Source: an uncultured Gammaproteobacteria bacterium (GTDB taxonomy: Bacteria; Patescibacteriota; Patescibacteriia; JAHIZJ01). From it: 64,000 nt of DNA. Positions 57,732 to 64,000 of this stretch are shown piece by piece. The notes beneath the pieces are model-generated. The model was not told the DNA's origin, did no database searches, and saw only the letters and a program-made list of their open reading frames with translations. The position numbers and the translations under genes are program-made. The stretch spans positions 1,682 through 65,681 of the forward strand of contig CAZQLY010000005.1 of NCBI GenBank assembly GCA_964594455.1, written 5' to 3'. Position 1 is the first letter of the stretch. Each line of letters begins with the position of its first letter.

Positions 57732-58253
57732 ATGAAAAAAAATCAGATTCTAAAAAAACTAACCGGAGGGGATCTGCGCTCGATCGGACGAGCTGACGAA
57801 GTTGCCCAGGATGTTTTGGATAATCCTGAGTTGTTTTCTAATGTTTTTGAAGGTATGAATAATGACGATCCTAGGATCCGGATGCGCAGCGCTGACGCTC
57901 TGCAGAAAGTGGCAGAAAAGCACCCGGAATATTTACAACCCCACAAGAAACAACTGCTTGACGAAATATCAAAGATTGATCAGCAAGAGGTGCAGTGGCA
58001 CGTAGCTCAAATGCTGAGCTATCTTGATTATCAATCTGAAGAGATACCAAAAGCGGTTGATATTCTGATGGAATATATTAATAAATCAGATAGCAATATA
58101 GTCATTGTCAATTCACTTCAGGCTTTAGCAGATCTGGTGGAAAAAGATCAATCACTTAAGCCAAAGGTGAAAACAATAATTGAAGACAAGATGAAATCCG
58201 GGGGACCGGCTATCTTCAGTCGAGGCAAGAAACTGCTGGAAAAAATGAATTAA
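57732..58253 (+). CDS. HEAT/ARM-repeat protein
   Basis: GGDLRSIG, DDPRIRMRSADALQKV and QQEVQWHVAQML; abuts the previous ORF. Confidence 0.8.
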   Translation: MKKNQILKKLTGGDLRSIGRADEVAQDVLDNPELFSNVFEGMNNDDPRIRMRSADALQKVAEKHPEYLQPHKKQLLDEISKIDQQEVQWHVAQMLSYLDYQSEEIPKAVDILMEYINKSDSNIVIVNSLQALADLVEKDQSLKPKVKTIIEDKMKSGGPAIFSRGKKLLEKMN

Positions 58254-58292
58254 AAAAGCTCCCTATTGAATTGAGAGCTATAGGCAGGCTGA

Positions 58293-58658
58293 TTATTCGG
58301 CCGGTTTTGAGATACGGATCCGGTGGAATTCACCGTGCCTGGTTCGAAGGTCATATATACCTTCATAGTAGACCATACCAACACGCTCAACCGGCATCTC
58401 AAAACCAATCCAATAAGAGGTTTTTATATTACCAAGACTAGTCAGGCCCAGAAAAACAACTCGGCAAGCACACAAATTGAACTCACAACCAGGTGCAGTA
58501 AAACACACTGTGTGCTGCCTAGAGAGCGAGCATAGAATGTCGAGCTCACCCGGCCCCCCAGTAACACCAATCTTGTCTGCATCACGTTCAACAACCACTT
58601 TCCCCGAAACTGTGTTGTACGAATGCCAGGGAAAAATGGTTTCGTTTCGTTCGGCCAT
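58293..58658 (-). CDS. Orphan hypothetical protein
   Basis: SD GGAGG and a TTGACA-N17-TACAGT promoter upstream; hairpin downstream. Confidence 0.6.
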   Translation of the reverse strand: MAERNETIFPWHSYNTVSGKVVVERDADKIGVTGGPGELDILCSLSRQHTVCFTAPGCEFNLCACRVVFLGLTSLGNIKTSYWIGFEMPVERVGMVYYEGIYDLRTRHGEFHRIRISKPAE

Positions 58659-58792
58659 ATCGGCACCTCCTGGTCAAAGAACTTTGCCAGAGCATATCGC
58701 TCAGACTACCCACTCAGGATGAGCAAGCTGTTTACTGTATATCGAATTTATATAGATGTCAATAAAAAACCCACACCTATGTAAGGCTGGGT

Positions 58793-59497
58793 TTAGAACC
58801 ATCTGCCCGTAACGTGATACGGATGGTTAGGAATGGCCGGAGCACTGATCAGACAGCCCAGGCAATCGAACACGTCTGATTTGGCTTTTACGACGATCTG
58901 ATTCTGCTCAAAACAGACTTTGACTTCGTATCTGGGCCGACCTACGATCGTCAGAAATATCTCCAAATCTTCCGGGTCGTTGAAGTCAGCTACGGCCAGA
59001 AATTCCGGCGATAGCTCGATGTGGCCACGCCCGTCTATCAGACAAACTTGGGTGACTTCCTCAACCCTGGGCTTCAGAGTAACCACGTTACTGTCAGCAA
59101 AGACGTAACCGATATCTCCCCAGCACAGGTGTTTTGGCGCTAGAACCATGAAGTTGGCCCAGCCGTTGTAGGTCGAGTCAGCGTGAAAGATAATCGACTC
59201 GCTGGTATACTCGAACCAAATCTGCCCAGAGCCGGGCTGGCATGAAGTCAAAGAAATGGTTGGCGTGTAGCCTGGATCGACTTCCTGGAGAAAAACGGGA
59301 TCGAACCGAAATTCAGCCAACCCGTTTTGAAACTCCACGTCGCCATAACGCCGAATCACTGGCGCAGTCGTGACTACGAAGTAGATCCGGTCTAAACCTG
59401 CCGAGTAACTCAGTGAATCAACAGAACTATCTTGAGCTGACGACTCGACTGGGGCGCATATCGCCATCAGGCACAGAAGTAATGATAATCGAATCAT
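58793..59497 (-). CDS. Orphan secreted protein with an internal duplicated beta domain
   Basis: Signal peptide; VEFQNGLAEFRFDPVFL...ISLT...VLAP vs VCLIDGRGHIELSPEFL...IFLT...ISAP; SD GGGGGG. Confidence 0.65.
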   Translation of the reverse strand: MIRLSLLLCLMAICAPVESSAQDSSVDSLSYSAGLDRIYFVVTTAPVIRRYGDVEFQNGLAEFRFDPVFLQEVDPGYTPTISLTSCQPGSGQIWFEYTSESIIFHADSTYNGWANFMVLAPKHLCWGDIGYVFADSNVVTLKPRVEEVTQVCLIDGRGHIELSPEFLAVADFNDPEDLEIFLTIVGRPRYEVKVCFEQNQIVVKAKSDVFDCLGCLISAPAIPNHPYHVTGRWF

Positions 59498-59584
59498 CCT
59501 GACCCCCCCTATCGGAAACCATAGCCTATAAAAAAAGGAACCTATATCTTATTACCAGTATAGGACCTAATTGTCAAGCCATGC

Positions 59585-60205
59585 TTAAAAAAGTTTCTGC
59601 GTTGAGGGCGTCGATGGTGCTGCTGGCTTTTTGTTTATTGGACCACTGGAGGCGCCGTTGTCTTTGGCTATGTCTATAGCCCTGCCCCTCGCTTGAGCTC
59701 TTTCGTTTAACTTGATGAAAACCTGCCGGGTAACTTCAACATCAACCTGAGCTCGATGGGCAGAGGGTTGCGGCACTTTTAGATAAGCCGCTACTTTTTC
59801 CAAACTATAGCTGGGGATTATCAAATACTTGCGGGCTAATTCAATTGTATCAATCGTTTTATTCTTTAAAGAAGGTTGACCCAAACGATCCAGATGGGCG
59901 TTCAAAAAAGCCAAATCAAATCCGATATTATGACCGATCAAGGGCAGGTCTTCAATAAACTGTACAAATTCTGGGATAACCATTTCAGCTGGCTTACCCT
60001 CTTTGGTCAATAATTCGTTTGATATGCCGTGGATTGATTGCGACTCCTCATCAATGTGTCGGTCTGTCATTACTAGGGAATGGTAAGAATTAACCACCTC
60101 AAGATCACGGATTCGTTCACCCGCCACTTCAATGATACTGTGGCCTTCATGTGGTTTAAAACCCGTGGTTTCTACGTCTAATACTATGTAGTCACTTTTT
60201 GCCAT
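59585..60205 (-). CDS. DEDDh 3'-5' exonuclease (DnaQ/PolC-exo-like)
   Basis: DVETTG, HNIGFD and HRAQVD motifs; likely start MAKSD. Confidence 0.9.
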   Translation of the reverse strand: MAKSDYIVLDVETTGFKPHEGHSIIEVAGERIRDLEVVNSYHSLVMTDRHIDEESQSIHGISNELLTKEGKPAEMVIPEFVQFIEDLPLIGHNIGFDLAFLNAHLDRLGQPSLKNKTIDTIELARKYLIIPSYSLEKVAAYLKVPQPSAHRAQVDVEVTRQVFIKLNERAQARGRAIDIAKDNGASSGPINKKPAAPSTPSTQKLF

Positions 60206-60352
60206 AATACCAAGCATTGTACTCGATATCATCATTTTTGACAACACTTAACCTTTATTGTGTGGGGATAATCCGTTAACAAACTGTGTGCTTTGGCGCC
60301 TTGATTCTTTCTTGGCGATCAGCTAAGATAATAGGACTGAAAGTGGTTTAAT

Positions 60353-61762
60353 ATGATGGCGGAAAACAAACCAGAGGACAAAAAAACTATTACCAAAATG
60401 CCACCGCACAACCTAGAGGCTGAGCAGGCTCTTTTGGGTTCTCTTTTGATTGATAAAGACGCCATTACAAAAATTGCCGATATCGTTTCTCCTTATGACT
60501 TTTATAAAGACGCTCATAGATTTATCTTTGAATCAATGCTGGATCTGTACGAGAAGCGTGAACCAATAGATATGTTAAGCTTGGCTAACAGGTTAGAAGA
60601 AGTTCAGAAACTGGAAAACGTCGGTGGACGCACTTACCTCACCAATCTGGCGAATATAGTACCCACAGCCAGTCACGTAGTTTATTACGCGAATATAATT
60701 CAGAAAAAAGCTACTTTACGCCGTTTGATAGACTCGGCTACCGAAATAGCCGGCATGGGCTATAACGAAGAAGACGAGGTTGACTCTCTTTTGGATCGGG
60801 CCGAACGCTCTCTTTTTCAGGTATCACAAAAATTCTTAAAGCAAAACTTTTACCCCATTAAGGGCTTGTTGACTGATGCCTTTGATCGAATGGATGAGCT
60901 TCATCGAGAAAGCGGCAAGCTGCGAGGTTTGCCTAGCGGTTTTCCCGACTTGGATAATTATTTAGCTGGATTTCAAAAATCTGATTTGATAATTTTAGCC
61001 GCCCGTCCTTCAGTGGGTAAAACATCTTTGGCCTTGGACTTCATTCGTCAGGCTGCAATTAAGCACAAGGCAGCCATTGCCATGTTCAGCTTGGAAATGT
61101 CTAAGGAGCAGCTGATTGATCGCCTACTCTGTGCTGAAGCCAGAGTCAGCTTGTGGAAGTTTCGCACTGGGAAATTGTCGGATCAGGGCGAAGAAAATGA
61201 TTTTACTAGCATTGCCCACGCCATGGGTAAATTATCTGAAGCAAAAATTTATATTGACGACACTGCGACATTAAATCTAATGGAGATCCGGACTAAGGCC
61301 CGACGTTTGAAATCTGAAAACGGACTGGATCTTTTACTCGTTGATTACCTTCAGCTGATGGAGGGTCGTGGCAATAAAGACAATAGGGTGCAAGAGATAG
61401 CTGAAATCACTCGGGGCTTAAAAGCTATAGCCAGAGAAATAAACGTACCGGTTATAGGGCTATCGCAGCTATCACGGGCAGTTGAGATGAGTAAACCAGC
61501 TATTCCTAAACTGGCTCATTTACGTGAGTCCGGTTCTATTGAGCAAGACGCTGACGTGGTTATGTTTATTTATCGTAAGCTGATGGATCGAAATTTTCGC
61601 AAAGAAGATATTAAACCAGAAGAATTAAATCTAGCTGAAGTACATATTGCCAAACATAGAAATGGGCCCACCGGGACAGTCAAACTAAGGTTTAATGAAA
61701 ACAGCGTAAATTTTGAAAGCGACGTCGGAGAACGTTTTTTAGAAAACGAAAGCCCCTTCTAA
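60353..61762 (+). CDS. dnaB: Replicative DNA helicase
   Basis: PPHNLEAEQALLG, AARPSVGKT, VDYLQLM, LRESGSIEQDAD and KHRNGPTG motifs; no intein. Confidence 0.98.
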   Translation: MMAENKPEDKKTITKMPPHNLEAEQALLGSLLIDKDAITKIADIVSPYDFYKDAHRFIFESMLDLYEKREPIDMLSLANRLEEVQKLENVGGRTYLTNLANIVPTASHVVYYANIIQKKATLRRLIDSATEIAGMGYNEEDEVDSLLDRAERSLFQVSQKFLKQNFYPIKGLLTDAFDRMDELHRESGKLRGLPSGFPDLDNYLAGFQKSDLIILAARPSVGKTSLALDFIRQAAIKHKAAIAMFSLEMSKEQLIDRLLCAEARVSLWKFRTGKLSDQGEENDFTSIAHAMGKLSEAKIYIDDTATLNLMEIRTKARRLKSENGLDLLLVDYLQLMEGRGNKDNRVQEIAEITRGLKAIAREINVPVIGLSQLSRAVEMSKPAIPKLAHLRESGSIEQDADVVMFIYRKLMDRNFRKEDIKPEELNLAEVHIAKHRNGPTGTVKLRFNENSVNFESDVGERFLENESPF

Positions 61763-61764
61763 AG

Positions 61765-61826
61765 AATTAAAAAGTAACAATTAAAAATTAACAAAATTGT
61801 TATTTATTAATTGTTAATTCTTAATT
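61765..61826. repeat. AT-rich tandem/inverted repeat hairpin
   Basis: AATTAAAAAGTAAC AATTAAAAATTAAC ... GTTATTTATTAATT GTTAATTCTTAATT. Confidence 0.55.
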
Positions 61827-61834
61827 TAAACGTT

Positions 61835-62128
61835 GTGTTTCAAAAACTAAAACAGTACAAAGACCTTCGCGATAAGGCAAAAAATATCCAAAGCGAGCTG
61901 GCCCAAGAATCAGTGGTAGTTGAGGAAAACGGCGTCAGCCTTGTCATGGACGGAAATCAAGAGATATTGAAAGTTGAAATCCAAGATGAGTTACTGGCTC
62001 CCGAAAAAAAAGATAAGCTGGAACAAGCTATCAAGGGTGCGGTTAACCAAGCTCATAAGAAGATCCAGCGAGTAATGGTAGAAAAAATGCGTTCCAGTGG
62101 TGATTTTAATATTCCCGGACTCTCCTAA
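61835..62128 (+). CDS. ybaB: YbaB/EbfC nucleoid-associated protein (likely GTG start)
   Basis: AKNIQSELAQE, VMDGNQEI..VEI and AVNQA segments; directly upstream of recR. Confidence 0.88.
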   Translation: MFQKLKQYKDLRDKAKNIQSELAQESVVVEENGVSLVMDGNQEILKVEIQDELLAPEKKDKLEQAIKGAVNQAHKKIQRVMVEKMRSSGDFNIPGLS

Positions 62129-62133
62129 TTTAT

Positions 62134-62733
62134 ATGTCTCAATTACCAAAACCGATCCAGGATTTGATAGAAGAATTCAATAAGCTACCCGGAGTTGGAC
62201 CCAAAACATCCGAGCGCTTTGCTTATTATCTAATTCAGCAGCCGGATAGCGATATAAAAAAATTGATCCAGTCATTACAGAACCTGCAAACCAAAGTAAA
62301 AAAATGCTCTCGTTGCCTGACCTTTTCGGAAATGGATCCCTGCAACCTGTGTAAGGATTCTCAAAGAGACCAAACAACGCTCTGTATAGTCGCCCACCCG
62401 CCGCAAATCCAGCTGATAGAAAAGACCGGCGAGTATCAGGGACTTTACTTTGTCCTCGGAGGAGTTCTGAATCCAGTCGAAGGAATTACGCCCGATCACT
62501 TGAATATTAAAATGTTGCTTCAAAGAATTAAGAACAGCCAGCCTAAAATCAAAGAAATCATATTGGCTCTAAATCCAGATGTTGAAGGTGAATCGACTGC
62601 CTTGTATCTCAAAAAATATTTACAATCAGAAGTACCAAAAATAACCAAGCTGGCCCGAGGCCTACCTATGGGTGGTGATCTTGATTACGCCGACGAGATA
62701 ACTCTCCAGAACGCCCTCAAAGGAAGAATGTAA
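62134..62733 (+). CDS. recR: Recombination mediator RecR
   Basis: LPGVGPKTSER (HhH), C4 zinc finger, TOPRIM NPDVEGESTA and GGDLDYAD. Confidence 0.97.
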   Translation: MSQLPKPIQDLIEEFNKLPGVGPKTSERFAYYLIQQPDSDIKKLIQSLQNLQTKVKKCSRCLTFSEMDPCNLCKDSQRDQTTLCIVAHPPQIQLIEKTGEYQGLYFVLGGVLNPVEGITPDHLNIKMLLQRIKNSQPKIKEIILALNPDVEGESTALYLKKYLQSEVPKITKLARGLPMGGDLDYADEITLQNALKGRM

Positions 62734-62739
62734 TATAAC

Positions 62740-62775
62740 AAAAAACGTGTTGAGTTAATGACAACACGTTTTTTT
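62740..62775. terminator. Bidirectional intrinsic terminator between recR and rplU
   Basis: AAAAAACGTGTTG...CAACACGTTTTTT between convergent genes. Confidence 0.75.
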
Positions 62776-62781
62776 ATATCT

Positions 62782-63102
62782 TTAGGCGTTAGGAATCTTT
62801 GTTATCTCCACCAAAGTATAAGGCTGGCGGTGACCTCGATTGCGCAGGTAACGGGTCTTATTCTTGTACTTTACAACTTTTACCTTCTTAGCTCGGCCAT
62901 GCTCTATGGCCTTTCCTTCGACTTTGGCCTGACTGACCTTGGGCTTCCCTACCTTAACCTGCTTACCTGTTTTATCAGCAATTAATAAAACATTATCGAA
63001 GGCAATGCTACTGCCTTCTTTTTTGGCAATTTTTTCCACCTTGATCTTATTCTTTTCTTCAACGGTGTATTGCTTTCCACCTGTTTTAATTACTGCAATC
63101 AT
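62782..63102 (-). CDS. rplU: 50S ribosomal protein L21
   Basis: AVIKTGGKQY and GHRQPYT motifs. Confidence 0.97.
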   Translation of the reverse strand: MIAVIKTGGKQYTVEEKNKIKVEKIAKKEGSSIAFDNVLLIADKTGKQVKVGKPKVSQAKVEGKAIEHGRAKKVKVVKYKNKTRYLRNRGHRQPYTLVEITKIPNA

Positions 63103-63149
63103 TAATATCGGTTAAATTTTTAACAGTTAGTAGTATACCTCGTGTCCTA

Positions 63150-64000
63150 TTAGCTGTCAATCCTTGGTGTAAGCCGAGCGTTTCTTTTGTATAAAATAAC
63201 CACAATAACCCCCAGGATCAGCATTACTCCAGCTAATATGACAAGGCTCCAGACTTTGGCTTTTCCGGTCAGAAGTAGACTAACGATGCCAAAAGTAGCT
63301 GTAGCCAGATAGAGAAATAAGACGGCTTGCTTGTGCGACATTCCTACATCTAAAAGCCTGAAGTGGAGATGTTTTTTGTCGCCTAGAACCGGAGATTTTT
63401 TCTCAAAGAATAGCCTGCGTATTAGCACCCAAACCACATCTAATATTGGAATACCCATAATGAGAAGTGCCGTAGCCACTTTGGCACCTGAAATGATAGC
63501 TAGAACGCCCAGAATAAACCCGACCAAAACACTTCCACCTTCGCCTAAAAATATCTTGGCGGGATGGAAATTAAAGATCAAAAATCCGGCCCCGGCTCCA
63601 GCGAATATCAAAGCCAATAAAGCAGTTTCCGGCTGACCGACTTCAAAAGTCATACTCAAGAAAAATATTATCAGAGCACCGATGGTTGTCACGCCGCTGG
63701 CCAACCCATCCAATCCATCAAGAAACTTTGTCGTATACATCATACCCATTAGCCAGATAAAAATAAATATATCGCTAAAAAGAGTAAGAGTATAGGGCAG
63801 GCCACTCCAGCGAAATAATTCAATATTTATATTATCTAAGCGTATGGCTTCACCAAAAGGATTGGAAATATATTCAACCTGAATACCGCAGGCAATAATC
63901 GTTGCCGCAGCCAATATGGGAAAAATTATTTGCTGGCTGGGCTTCAAACGATAACGGTCATCTAAGTAACCTCCAAACATCAATATTGCGCTGCCGATCA
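63150..64000 (-). CDS. WecA/TagO-like UDP-GlcNAc:undecaprenyl-P GlcNAc-1-P transferase (MraY family), 5'-truncated
   Basis: GYLDD, KFLDGLDGLA, FNFHPAKIFLGEGG and DKKHLHFRLL motifs; frame open to the window end. Confidence 0.92.
   Translation of the reverse strand, partial: IGSAILMFGGYLDDRYRLKPSQQIIFPILAAATIIACGIQVEYISNPFGEAIRLDNINIELFRWSGLPYTLTLFSDIFIFIWLMGMMYTTKFLDGLDGLASGVTTIGALIIFFLSMTFEVGQPETALLALIFAGAGAGFLIFNFHPAKIFLGEGGSVLVGFILGVLAIISGAKVATALLIMGIPILDVVWVLIRRLFFEKKSPVLGDKKHLHFRLLDVGMSHKQAVLFLYLATATFGIVSLLLTGKAKVWSLVILAGVMLILGVIVVILYKRNARLTPRIDS

Noticed and set aside
57169-59584. Integrase-type genomic island at the tRNA-Lys 3' end
   Set aside because: No integrase and no displaced 3' tRNA repeat were seen, although the genes look accessory.
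60263-60271. DnaA-box-like TTATCCCCA upstream of dnaB (also TTATCAACA near 37995)
   Set aside because: These are single mismatched boxes with no cluster or dnaA gene, which is insufficient for an origin call.

Overview
This is a gene-dense chromosomal window, most likely from a Patescibacteria/CPR bacterium of the Parcubacteria/ABY1 type. That assignment is inferred from gene content: pilins, a VirB4/HerA-like ATPase, a short AspRS and many leaderless-looking genes. The genetic code is standard. It holds glycan genes (GT2, GT4, ugd, a UXS-like enzyme), metK, trxB, dnaX, corA, cysS, a CIRCE-regulated hrcA-grpE-hsp20-dnaK-dnaJ operon, tpiA-fba-(two pilins)-gap, scpAB, asnS-aspS, a P-type ATPase, dnaB-ybaB-recR, rplU and several orphan genes. 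The most striking signal is at the tRNAs. All three tRNA loci (Gln-CUG, Glu-CUC, Lys-UUU) consist of a disrupted copy carrying the same 32-38 bp CCCGCCTCG...CGAGGCGGG hairpin in the D-arm, plus an intact copy. At Lys a small GIY-YIG nuclease gene sits between 33-bp direct repeats of the tRNA 5' end. At Gln a different, intact tRNA-Gln(CUG) is nested inside the anticodon of the resident tRNA-Gln(CUG), on a ~170 bp fold-back element with CCCG...CGGG ends. Together these suggest a tRNA-targeting hairpin/GIY-YIG mobile system. No CRISPR array, rRNA, integrase, transposase or reverse transcriptase was seen. Product calls come from recognising motifs by eye, not from database searches.
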